DNA of 64,000 bases, from the IMG/VR virus record IMGVR_UViG_3300032116_000004, positions 186,001-250,000 of that record. The stretch is one strand, 5' to 3'. The translations under genes and the position numbers were made by a program. This document shows positions 54,739 to 64,000 of the stretch, piece after piece; the first letter of the stretch is position 1, and the number at the start of each line of letters is the position of its first letter. The notes below the pieces were generated by a model, which searched no databases, was not told the origin of the DNA, and saw only the letters and a program-made list of their open reading frames with translations.

Positions 54739-55865
54739 TAAAACATTTTTCATTTATTCTTCCATACATCAACGACCTTTTTGATCAGGATGTAATGGTC
54801 ACTGTTAGTTTTGATAGAGATTTTAATATACAGCAGTCAAATATCGTAATATTGACAACCGACCATTGGGGAGATGACGAATACCTTCTGACCCCACCCG
54901 ACTGCCGTCCTCAATCAATGATTGACTGTCTGAAAATTAAAGTCCGCCAATATCCAACAAAAACTTTTTATCTCATGACTGTCTGCCCTTTTCTAGAAGA
55001 ATTTTTTACAGATGAGAAAAATTTAATTGTTATACATTGGGGAAATGATTTCATGCTACATCCAGATACTGACTATTCTGGGATTAGTCCTGTAATGGAA
55101 AAAGAATTTTCTAAAAATTGGCATTGGGTTTCATTATCTAATAATCTAAGAGTTCACAGAAGCATTTGTCATCTAATACTTTTAGGACTAGATATAAAAC
55201 ACGGTTATCAAAGATTTGACCCATCGTGGATTATCAGGCACGAATCTTGGAAATCATTCAAGTCATATCTAAAATATAACAAATATCCTTATCTGAATAG
55301 TATCTCTAGAAAATTCTATCCTGTCATGGAAAAAGGATTTTTAAAAGTTAAAAACTCAGAAGGATATGATGCAAAAAAGTATCTGCACAGGGATAACAAA
55401 TCTGCAGAAGTGGGGATGAACCTAAAAGAAAATTTTAATCAATCTCTCAAGAACGTTTTCTACCAACATAGCGCAATCGAAGTGGTGACAGAAACTGTTT
55501 TTATAAACCAAACTGGAATAATTACGGAAAAATATCTTAACACTGTATATGGCAGCAATTTTCCTATCATAATTGGCATGCACAGAACTGTTGCTCACCT
55601 AAGATCTTTGGGATTTGATATGTTTGACGACATTATCGATCATTCTTATGATGAGATCGTTGATCCTTATGTCAGAATGACAAAAGCTATCACGGATAAT
55701 CGAAAAATGCTCGAGGACAAAGGTGTTGCTATTTCTGCTTGGTTTGATTGTCAAGATAGATTCCAACAAAACTATCGTCTAATCGAGGCAATTTATCAAA
55801 ATAAGGAACACATGGTGAAACAACAAATACATAATACTCTAGATAGAAAAAAAACACGAAACTGA
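54729..55865 (+). CDS. 'TEK-motif' putative glycosyltransferase
   Basis: EVVTET..IITEKY..NFP..GFDMFDDIIDHSYD. Confidence 0.6.
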   Translation: MELIKHFSFILPYINDLFDQDVMVTVSFDRDFNIQQSNIVILTTDHWGDDEYLLTPPDCRPQSMIDCLKIKVRQYPTKTFYLMTVCPFLEEFFTDEKNLIVIHWGNDFMLHPDTDYSGISPVMEKEFSKNWHWVSLSNNLRVHRSICHLILLGLDIKHGYQRFDPSWIIRHESWKSFKSYLKYNKYPYLNSISRKFYPVMEKGFLKVKNSEGYDAKKYLHRDNKSAEVGMNLKENFNQSLKNVFYQHSAIEVVTETVFINQTGIITEKYLNTVYGSNFPIIIGMHRTVAHLRSLGFDMFDDIIDHSYDEIVDPYVRMTKAITDNRKMLEDKGVAISAWFDCQDRFQQNYRLIEAIYQNKEHMVKQQIHNTLDRKKTRN

Positions 55866-55918
55866 ATATTTCTTCAAATGGCACAAATAACTAATTTTAT
55901 CAGCGAAAGTTTATTATA

Positions 55919-56896
55919 ATGCGAAAAATTTTAGTCACTGGAGGTTTGGGACTCATTGGACACAATGTTGTTCGCCGCCTCATTGATGCAGGACACGAGG
56001 TATCTGTAACAGATACACAAACCAACTACGGGTTGGTTCCACAGGATGAACTAGATTATCTCATGGCCGAGCGGCGTGCTAAGATTCCAGAGATGAATCT
56101 GCGCACACATCGCATAGATATCGCAGATCAGGCTGGAATCGACTGGCTCGTCAAACACTATCAACCCGATACTGTGATACACATGGCCAGTTTTCCCCGG
56201 CAGAAAGTGGTCAATGTCAACCCCATGATAGGATCACGTGCCATGAGCGAGGGCTTGCTCAATTTGCTAGAAGCCGCAAAGAATAATCATGTGTGCAAAT
56301 TCATATATATTAGTAGCAGTATGGTCTATGGAGACTTCACTGACGATGTCACAGAAGATGCTGAATGCCGTCCACAAGGGCAGTACGGCATCATGAAACT
56401 TGCAGGAGAATGGCTTGTCCGAGATTATAGTAGGCGTGGTTTTTTTGATCATGTCATTATTCGTCCTTCCGCTGTATACGGAGAACTCGATGTTGAAGAT
56501 CGTGTTATTTCAAAGTTTCTGTTGACAGCCATGCGTGGCGGCACACTCAAAGTCAATGGTGCCACCGAAACTCTCGATTTCACTTATGTGGGTGATGCCG
56601 CCGACGGTATAGTTGCGGCGGCCTTGAGCACCACAGCCAATAATCAAACCTATAACATTACCAAGAGCCATTCATGGAGCCTGCTGGACGCGGCTAACTT
56701 AGCTGTGCGGATAGTAGGGAAAGGTTCGGTAGAAGTGCGTGACAAAGATGCCGATTTCCCCAGCAGAGGTGCGCTCAACATCGATGCCGCACGACGAGAT
56801 TTCGGGTATGATCCCAAGGTAGATATCGAAGAAGGTTTCCAGAAATACTATGAGTGGCTTAACAGTTCCCTTTACTGGTCTCCGAAAACAGTATAA
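55919..56896 (+). CDS. NAD-dependent sugar epimerase/dehydratase
   Basis: VTGGLGLIG, SSSMVYG, YGIMK. Confidence 0.9.
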   Translation: MRKILVTGGLGLIGHNVVRRLIDAGHEVSVTDTQTNYGLVPQDELDYLMAERRAKIPEMNLRTHRIDIADQAGIDWLVKHYQPDTVIHMASFPRQKVVNVNPMIGSRAMSEGLLNLLEAAKNNHVCKFIYISSSMVYGDFTDDVTEDAECRPQGQYGIMKLAGEWLVRDYSRRGFFDHVIIRPSAVYGELDVEDRVISKFLLTAMRGGTLKVNGATETLDFTYVGDAADGIVAAALSTTANNQTYNITKSHSWSLLDAANLAVRIVGKGSVEVRDKDADFPSRGALNIDAARRDFGYDPKVDIEEGFQKYYEWLNSSLYWSPKTV

Positions 56897-57947
56897 CAAT
56901 CTCCGCCAGGAGATACTAGACGCCACAGACGAAGTGTTGCGCAGTGGCCAACTCATGAATGGCAATTTCACTGCCGAATTTGAGTCTTGGTTGGCCAAAC
57001 GCAATCATGTAAAATATGCCATATGTGTCCACTCTGGCACATCGGCCCTGGAAGCCATCGCGGAATTCTACGCCAAAAACTCTGCTGTGCCCAATCCTCC
57101 CACTGTGTTGATTCCCAGCCTGACCTATGCGGCCACGGCCAACGCTTTTATACGTGCAGGATGGGATGTTGTGTTTATTGACACCGATCATCATGGTATC
57201 ATTGACGTCAAAAAAATACCTACGGATATTAGTTATCAGGCCGTTGTGTTGGTAGGGCTGTATGGCGCCTCAGTGAGCCACATGGGTGACATATCCACCT
57301 GGCGGCAATGGACGCTGAACGACAAGATCGTGATTGAAGATGCGGCACAACACTGGTTGGCCGCTGATTGCACTCGTATTGGTAGAGCATCTGCCTTGTC
57401 ATTTGATCCCATGAAGAACTTACCTTGCTATGGCAACGGGGGTGCAGTGATCACCAATGATTCAGATCTCCTGCACTGGGTCAGAGCCTGGAGAGACAAC
57501 GGTAAATCCACCAACAACGACACAGGAACCAACAGCCGTATGAGCGAGATTGACTGTGCCCATATGATGGTCAAAGCACGACATATCGACACGTGGCAGA
57601 TCCGTAGGTCTAAGATAGCAGGATATTGGAGAGAACGTCTAAAGAATACTGATATCCGTTGCTTGATAGATCAAGACAACGAACATGACCATGCTTATCA
57701 TAAGTTCGTGATTGACATCAACAATAGAGACATCCTGCAAAAAAATCTAGCCATACGCAAGATAGAGACCAAGATACACTATGTCCAGCCCTTGCATGAA
57801 ATTGGCTTGTTCCGTGCGTATCAAGGGCCCGATATCTTGAGTTGTGCTAGTGCTTTGAGTCGACGTGTATTGAGCCTGCCGTTGTATCCTGAACTCACTG
57901 ATCTTGAAGTTGAGTATGTCATTGATCAGGTGACAGATTGCGCCTGA
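56850..57947 (+). CDS. DegT/DnrJ/EryC1/StrS aminotransferase
   Basis: SGTSALE, IEDAAQ, SFDPMKNL..YGNGG, NSRMSE. Confidence 0.92.
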   Translation: MSGLTVPFTGLRKQYNNLRQEILDATDEVLRSGQLMNGNFTAEFESWLAKRNHVKYAICVHSGTSALEAIAEFYAKNSAVPNPPTVLIPSLTYAATANAFIRAGWDVVFIDTDHHGIIDVKKIPTDISYQAVVLVGLYGASVSHMGDISTWRQWTLNDKIVIEDAAQHWLAADCTRIGRASALSFDPMKNLPCYGNGGAVITNDSDLLHWVRAWRDNGKSTNNDTGTNSRMSEIDCAHMMVKARHIDTWQIRRSKIAGYWRERLKNTDIRCLIDQDNEHDHAYHKFVIDINNRDILQKNLAIRKIETKIHYVQPLHEIGLFRAYQGPDILSCASALSRRVLSLPLYPELTDLEVEYVIDQVTDCA

Positions 57948-59523
57948 GCAAGGCATAACTGGCCAGCCAAGACCACTCATAACTTTTCTTCAACGCATCA
58001 AAGTCACCGTTGACTTCATCATAGTAAGCCACAGCATCCTCGGCTCCCCAGATTGACCATTGTCCATTGGGATTTCCTGCACCTGCTGTGAGCCATTTCT
58101 TCAGCCTGTATTGACTTTCTACATCTGTCTGACCACGCAATTTAACGCACTCGCGGAAGGCAGTGCGCCATGCTGACCAAGCAGTGTAAGCATATCGGGC
58201 TGTGCCCGACACTACGGGCACCACTTCATGTTCGTCATCCAGTGTGAAATCCAGTCCTCGACCGGCATTGGCCAAAACCAATCTTTTGTTGTAAGCGATC
58301 ATGGCTTGATGTCCATAGGTCAATCCTGTGATAGGGTTGAAAGCATGGAAAATGTAATGTTTAGCGGCCTGCATGCGATCTGGTTGCCAAGACCAATCAA
58401 AATCGTTGACCACTTCTAACTTCGCGAACACAGCGAAAAACCAATCAGTGTTGGATGCTTGAGCTGCCGCATGATAGGCTGCCGCACGGCCGTTGACACC
58501 ATCGCTACGCACTGCTCTATTGTCATGCCCTCTTTGCAGGGCATAAATCAAAGTCTGCCAATTTTGATCAGCATTGGGTTCACCGTTGGAAATAAAAACG
58601 ATATCAAGGGGTCTGTCATTGTTTTTGTTTTTGTGTGTTTTATCTATGTAGGGATAATCATATAACTGTGTTTTGAGATGATTTTTGGCCTCTCTAGGGA
58701 CCAGCACAGAACTGGCTCCAGGTGTGAGTGGAATGACAGTCTTGACCTTTTCTCTCCAGAGATTCATGGCGGGCACATCTTCAACAGCATCGTGCCGCAC
58801 AAACTGCACCACCGGTGCCTGGAAATCGTATGCCCACACAGCGGGCACTTGGCTGTCATGCTCGTGTCGGCACACAGGCACAGGACGCCGAGGTACTGAT
58901 TGGCCTTCTACGAAGTGTATGGTATCAAACCATTCCAGCAAAGCCAGTTCCTTGGATTTCTCAAGGAAACTGGGAACATGCACCAGAAAAGTATCCCCAA
59001 ACTTCTGATCATCGCTGGCCCATACGTGCAACATGTCCTGCTGCCATTCTGACGGATGCCAGGTAAAATCAAACCTGCTGTAATCACACACACTGGACAC
59101 TATCCACACATATTGATGTTGGCATTTGCCGAGTATGCGCCTGAGTGTGCCAAAATAGTCTGAAATATATCGAGTCTTTTCTCGACACGGGATCAGCAGA
59201 CCATCTCCATGATCTATACCTATCCTTGGATAGCTGCCTATGCGTTGGATTATGTCATGAGTTCGGTTGACATCTCGCATACTGGTTTTGGGTATAAGAT
59301 ACGTTCCACCATTTTCCTGATGCTGGCTAGGCCATACATGAGTTTGTGCAGATTCCCATGGCACAGGTTCCCATGACCAATCAAATCGAGAATAGTCGTT
59401 CAGACCGTCTACTATCCATAAGTATCTCGTGCGACTGAGTTCAATAGCATGATCAACAGATTCTGCTTTCCGTTCATGTGGGAACAAATAGGTAGGATTA
59501 TTTAGATAAAAAACGTCAAACAT
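57919..59523 (-). CDS. Two-domain glycosyltransferase-like protein
   Basis: LWIVD, DIVFISNGE, WRTAFRE; glycan cluster context. Confidence 0.55.
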   Translation of the reverse strand: MFDVFYLNNPTYLFPHERKAESVDHAIELSRTRYLWIVDGLNDYSRFDWSWEPVPWESAQTHVWPSQHQENGGTYLIPKTSMRDVNRTHDIIQRIGSYPRIGIDHGDGLLIPCREKTRYISDYFGTLRRILGKCQHQYVWIVSSVCDYSRFDFTWHPSEWQQDMLHVWASDDQKFGDTFLVHVPSFLEKSKELALLEWFDTIHFVEGQSVPRRPVPVCRHEHDSQVPAVWAYDFQAPVVQFVRHDAVEDVPAMNLWREKVKTVIPLTPGASSVLVPREAKNHLKTQLYDYPYIDKTHKNKNNDRPLDIVFISNGEPNADQNWQTLIYALQRGHDNRAVRSDGVNGRAAAYHAAAQASNTDWFFAVFAKLEVVNDFDWSWQPDRMQAAKHYIFHAFNPITGLTYGHQAMIAYNKRLVLANAGRGLDFTLDDEHEVVPVVSGTARYAYTAWSAWRTAFRECVKLRGQTDVESQYRLKKWLTAGAGNPNGQWSIWGAEDAVAYYDEVNGDFDALKKSYEWSWLASYALLRRNLSPDQ

Positions 59524-60580
59524 GATTAGAATAGATGAAATTTATTATAACATATTCCTACAAAAAATAAAAGACAAAACGGCCAGCATACATTGGTTTG
59601 AACCATTTGGGACTACTGCGTTTGAAAATATTTGCAGTATGCCCGACATCACCGAACCAGCGACCAGGATTTTATTTTGGGATCAAGAACCATTACATCG
59701 TGATCGTGTGGCTAATGTATTGCCCCGATTCCGTGAATGCTATGGTGATGATCGCGGACCCGACGAAGTAATTATCGTCCATTCAGAGAGAGATAGCGAA
59801 AACATTGATTGGATAGAAAATACCTACGGTGTAAAATCACAATATTATTTTTTCCATGCTTGGGCTTCGCTGGATTGGTATAGAGGCTATGATCGATCTT
59901 TACTATCAATTCCTTTCCAGAATCGCAAAATTAAACATACATTCTTGTGTCCTAACAATATCATCGGCGGTCAACGTAAGCACCGTCTAGAATTATTGTC
60001 AGAGTTGGTAGATAGAGATCTAATAGCAGACAATTTTGTAAGTTTTCCAGAACGCTGTCCTTACGAAAATAAAACCGTGGCAGAACTTTGCCGAGAATAT
60101 GACATAGCGTTAGGATCTATCGATCTTCCTCTAATCATCGATCAAGGATCTGACTATGCTGGCAACAGTCACAAGATAGACATGTGGTCGTTTGCCGATC
60201 TAAGTTTATTACAGGTGGTCACAGAAACAGTGTATTCTGGTCGTAGATCGCATCTTACCGAAAAAACATTCAAATCTATAGTGATGCAACAACCATTTGT
60301 GTTAGTATCCTGTCGAGGTAGTTTAGATTATATCCGATCATATGGATTTAAAACTTTTGGAGAATTCTGGAACGAAGACTATGATGATTATGATGATAAC
60401 ACCAGAATCATGCGTATAGGAAAACTACTCAATGACATCAACAATCTTTCCGTTAAAGAAAAAGTGACTCTACAAAAACACTTGGCTCCTATAGTAGAGC
60501 ATAATTTTAATTGGTTCTACAGCCAACAGTTCGAACATCTCCTTTGGCAAGAATTATCAGATGTGATCGACCAATGGTAA
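59522..60580 (+). CDS. 'TEK-motif' putative glycosyltransferase
   Basis: QVVTET..HLTEKTFK..QQPF..GFKTF..EDYD. Confidence 0.6.
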   Translation: MIRIDEIYYNIFLQKIKDKTASIHWFEPFGTTAFENICSMPDITEPATRILFWDQEPLHRDRVANVLPRFRECYGDDRGPDEVIIVHSERDSENIDWIENTYGVKSQYYFFHAWASLDWYRGYDRSLLSIPFQNRKIKHTFLCPNNIIGGQRKHRLELLSELVDRDLIADNFVSFPERCPYENKTVAELCREYDIALGSIDLPLIIDQGSDYAGNSHKIDMWSFADLSLLQVVTETVYSGRRSHLTEKTFKSIVMQQPFVLVSCRGSLDYIRSYGFKTFGEFWNEDYDDYDDNTRIMRIGKLLNDINNLSVKEKVTLQKHLAPIVEHNFNWFYSQQFEHLLWQELSDVIDQW

Positions 60581-61764
60581 AGTTTTGTGTAGATAAAAGC
60601 GTCGATGGCAAACCATATCCCAATGTTGCTACATGGAATGCCAGACCTTATACCTCAGATTGGCGCAAATTCAGCACCAACTGGCCTTACAGCGAGCCTG
60701 TGCATTTTTTTGAATATCTCGATCAAGAAAATATACCATATCAAATAGTTGATTGGACCCAATCTGACAGATCCACTCTATACCCCATAAGTTTGAGTTT
60801 TTTCGATTTTAATATTGATTGGTTTGTGCTGTTGCCTGTTATGATCAGAGAAAAACTAAGATCAAGAAATATCACACTTTGGTTTTTTTACAGCGAAGGT
60901 GATCATCCTGGACGCATACGGGATCATCTACATGCACAATTTCAAAAATACGACATAGATCTCGGTCTGATACAATTCACCAGCGCCAATTCCGCCGCTG
61001 ATCAATTGTCTGGATTCCATTATTTTGTTGACGATGAATGTTTGTATCGTCTACGCAATACCAATTGCCCTATCAAATTCCATGATCGCCCAAGGAGTCA
61101 CAAATACACAGCATTGGTAAGGACTCACAAGTGGTGGCGGGCTACTACCATGGCCAGAATCTGGGCATTGGGATTACACAATCATGGATTTTTTTCTTAT
61201 AATCACTATCTTTCAGTGGAAGACAAAGAGACTGATAACCCCATCGAAATAGATAGATTTGATAATCTGCGTGCCAATACCTACGAATTTTTACAGCATT
61301 GCCCATTTCGAGCAGACGAATTATCATCACAGGAGCATAATCTGTATGCCACCACGGTGGTCGAACATTTCGAAGATAGTTATCTCAATGTCGTGCTGGA
61401 AACTCACCTGGATGCGGATCAAAGTGGAGGAGTTTTCCTCACCGAAAAAACATTCAAACCCATCAAGAACTGCCAGCTGTTCATGATATTCGGAGCTCGA
61501 GGTAGCATAGCACAATTAAGGAACATGGGGTATGACACGTTCGACCATGTGATTGATCACTCATACGATGTCATAGAAAACAATACCGAACGATGGGATC
61601 GGGCATGCAAAGAATTTGAAAGACTCATGCGCACCGATTTACATTCGATTTACATTGGATGTAAATCAGCATTGGAACACAACCAGCAGTTATTTTTGTC
61701 TAGTAAAGCCAACTGTTTAAATAACCTACTTAAACGAAGCCTTGAAATATGCAACCACTTGTAA
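60574..61764 (+). CDS. 'TEK-motif' putative glycosyltransferase
   Basis: NVVLET..FLTEKTFKPI..GYDTFDHVIDHSYD. Confidence 0.6.
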   Translation: MVKFCVDKSVDGKPYPNVATWNARPYTSDWRKFSTNWPYSEPVHFFEYLDQENIPYQIVDWTQSDRSTLYPISLSFFDFNIDWFVLLPVMIREKLRSRNITLWFFYSEGDHPGRIRDHLHAQFQKYDIDLGLIQFTSANSAADQLSGFHYFVDDECLYRLRNTNCPIKFHDRPRSHKYTALVRTHKWWRATTMARIWALGLHNHGFFSYNHYLSVEDKETDNPIEIDRFDNLRANTYEFLQHCPFRADELSSQEHNLYATTVVEHFEDSYLNVVLETHLDADQSGGVFLTEKTFKPIKNCQLFMIFGARGSIAQLRNMGYDTFDHVIDHSYDVIENNTERWDRACKEFERLMRTDLHSIYIGCKSALEHNQQLFLSSKANCLNNLLKRSLEICNHL

Positions 61765-62804
61765 ACAGTTATACCAGTTGGCAACCTCTAGAAGAAGTGA
61801 TCGTAGGTCGTGCCTACGATCCGGACTACTTTGATTTTTTAGATAACGCCCAAGTCCGCAACCAACTACAACAGATATTGTTTGAAACAGCAGAAGATCT
61901 CAATAATCTCCAACGCACAATAGAATCATATGGTGCTGTGGTCAGACGACCAAATTTACCTCCCAAACAGATCTTTGAAAATAATCAAATGAACGTTGAT
62001 CAGGGCATACCTATTCCCCCCTTGACTCCTAGAGATTGGCAAATCACCCTCGGACAAAAACTGCTACGTATGTTGTCAATACCCGAACTCGATGATGTTT
62101 GTGATCTTTACAAAGATCAAGTGGTGAATCCTCACGACAATGATCAAAATTTAAATGATAATCAAAATTTCGATGAGAATTGCACGCTGAATGGTGCCAG
62201 TGCCAGCTGCATAGTTCGGGTTGGCAGAGACATATTTTTTGACAATTCAGAATTTTTAAAACCAGAACAGAGTCGATGGATCGTTGAAAATCTACTAGGA
62301 CCAGAATATCGTATACACGAAGCTGTCACTGATGGGCACGGGGATGCTGTGTTTGCCATCCTCAAACCTGGAGTTATATTAAGTAGCAAGCACGATAGCA
62401 ATTTAGATTTCGGCAGAGATTTTCCCGGTTGGGAAGTGTGCAAGGTTTGGGATAGCTCAATTTGGGCAGCCATGGAGGTTGGCAAGTTCAAAGAAGATAA
62501 CTTTAACGGCCGCTGGTATGTGCAAGGTCAAACACCCACCGAAGAATTCACGAAATTCGTAGATGAATATCTCAACAAATGGACGGGATTTGTGAGTGAA
62601 ACAGTGTTTGATGTTAACTGTCTGGTGCTAGACGAATCACATGTAATCTTCTCGGCATACAACAAACCAGTATTTGATTTCTGTAAACAGCATAAAATTG
62701 AACCTATCATCTCGGAATTGCGTCACAGCTATTTCTGGGATGGGGGTGTTAGCTGTTGCACACAAGACATCCGGCGACGCGGTGGCTTAGAGACTTATCT
62801 CTAG
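61749..62804 (+). CDS. Amidinotransferase (glycine amidinotransferase-like)
   Basis: SWQPLEEVIVG, PRD, HGD, GGVSCCTQD. Confidence 0.88.
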   Translation: MQPLVNSYTSWQPLEEVIVGRAYDPDYFDFLDNAQVRNQLQQILFETAEDLNNLQRTIESYGAVVRRPNLPPKQIFENNQMNVDQGIPIPPLTPRDWQITLGQKLLRMLSIPELDDVCDLYKDQVVNPHDNDQNLNDNQNFDENCTLNGASASCIVRVGRDIFFDNSEFLKPEQSRWIVENLLGPEYRIHEAVTDGHGDAVFAILKPGVILSSKHDSNLDFGRDFPGWEVCKVWDSSIWAAMEVGKFKEDNFNGRWYVQGQTPTEEFTKFVDEYLNKWTGFVSETVFDVNCLVLDESHVIFSAYNKPVFDFCKQHKIEPIISELRHSYFWDGGVSCCTQDIRRRGGLETYL

Positions 62805-64000
62805 TTGCAAACTTTTACACCGTATAGTTTTTCAAACCGATCAGCATCGTCTCTATCATTGACCATAGGCTCACCGCGTATGTTTAGACTGGTGTTAAGC
62901 AACATAGGACATCCTGTTTCTACATACCAACGTTCTAACAGTTCTCGTATACCTGACCCACAGTCCTTGCTTACTGTTTGAACACGACTGGTCTTATCTA
63001 CATGTATGATAGCAGGAAAATGATCCGGATGGCGACAACGTGCTACCACTTGCATGTAAGGGCTACTGGTATATCCTTGGGGCATCTCAAAATAATCGTT
63101 GACACATTCTTCTAGTATCACAGGTGCAAACGGTCTAAACTGTTGTCTGCGTTTGATCGCATTGACTTTCTCCTTGATCTCGCTGCCTCTAGGGTCTGCA
63201 AGGAGGCTACGGTTTCCGAGTGCGCGGGGACCGAACTCAGCTCTGCCGGAGGCAACTCCCACAATCTGTTCATTAAGTAGCCGAGCCACAAGCTCATCAA
63301 CAGGATAAGGGCCAGGTATATTATACCCAAGATAAGGACTGGTCCAGTTAACTCTATGCCCATGAGCCAAAGCGGCAGCACCAAGGCTGCTACCAGCATC
63401 ACCAGGATTAGGCATGATCCAAATATTTTCATAGATGTCTCCAAGATTTCTATTGGCTAAACAGTTGAGAGCAACACCTCCCATGTATACAAGATTGGTT
63501 TCGCCTGTGAGTTCGCGAGCTTTTTTCATTACACTCATTATGAGATCTTCAGCCACTAACTGCGTAGCGCACGCAATATCTTCATTGGTAGCCGATTCTA
63601 AAAATGTTGAGTCAACTCCTATATGGAAGTTTTCATTGAGTTCAATGCTGTTGTAGTCTTTGATCACGCGATTGCTCAAGGCTTGGTACCACGTATCTCG
63701 ACCCCAGGCGGCCATGCCCATAGTAATGTATTCTTCGTCCATGGGTTTTAGTCCCACACGATCAGTCATGGCGCTGTAGAATAATCCAATTGAGTGTGGA
63801 TACATTTGGCGCCATAGTCTCTGGTATTGTGCCCGACCCTTGTTGTTGTAACATGCACGATAGATGCTAACAGTATCTAACTCACCAATGGCATCTATAA
63901 CAACAACTACTGCACGGTCAAATGGTGATGTTTGAAAACCTGCGGCTGCATGGCTGAGATGATGGCTGGTGCTGACTTCGTTACGAGCCGGATTTTGATA
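62801..64000 (-). CDS. Carbamoyltransferase (NodU/CmcH/TobZ family), 5' end beyond window
   Basis: Frame open to 64000; HHLSHAA, IDAIGE, GGVALN, GRAEFGPRALGNRS, NTSLN. Confidence 0.93.
   Translation of the reverse strand, partial: YQNPARNEVSTSHHLSHAAAGFQTSPFDRAVVVVIDAIGELDTVSIYRACYNNKGRAQYQRLWRQMYPHSIGLFYSAMTDRVGLKPMDEEYITMGMAAWGRDTWYQALSNRVIKDYNSIELNENFHIGVDSTFLESATNEDIACATQLVAEDLIMSVMKKARELTGETNLVYMGGVALNCLANRNLGDIYENIWIMPNPGDAGSSLGAAALAHGHRVNWTSPYLGYNIPGPYPVDELVARLLNEQIVGVASGRAEFGPRALGNRSLLADPRGSEIKEKVNAIKRRQQFRPFAPVILEECVNDYFEMPQGYTSSPYMQVVARCRHPDHFPAIIHVDKTSRVQTVSKDCGSGIRELLERWYVETGCPMLLNTSLNIRGEPMVNDRDDADRFEKLYGVKVCN

Noticed and set aside
1-64000. CRISPR array, integrase or IS element
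   Set aside because: No regularly spaced direct repeats or transposase/integrase motifs seen.
1-64000. Stop-codon reassignment
   Set aside because: Known genes are full length in code 11, all three stops are used, and no suppressor tRNA was found.

Overview
Segment of a large T4-like/jumbo dsDNA phage genome, genetic code 11, mostly + strand. Porin, Bug/TctC, PstS and the tmRNA tag type suggest a freshwater Burkholderiales host (inference). Contents in order: folE/queD/queE with an inserted FG-GAP lipoprotein; a sugar-nucleotide/glycosylation cluster (RfbB, RfbH, split TPP enzyme, methyltransferases); MBD4-like glycosylase; RNase H; short early ORFs behind sigma70 promoters; TctBA, PstS, AhpC/AhpD, Bug and DctP genes; an RNA region with 28 tRNA or tRNA-like genes covering all 20 amino acids, a circularly permuted two-piece tmRNA and several unassigned structured RNAs; rpoZ, radical SAM, porin, MoxR/VWA, thyX; and a second glycan-decoration cluster. 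The most notable signal is at 33688-33906. A leaderless 38-codon ORF uses 33 different codons and 19 of 20 amino acids, and its 3' end mimics the 3' arm of the terminator that follows. This is the layout of a translation-coupled attenuator placed directly upstream of the tRNA array, possibly a general sensor of tRNA depletion. All calls are by eye; no database searches or folding programs were run.
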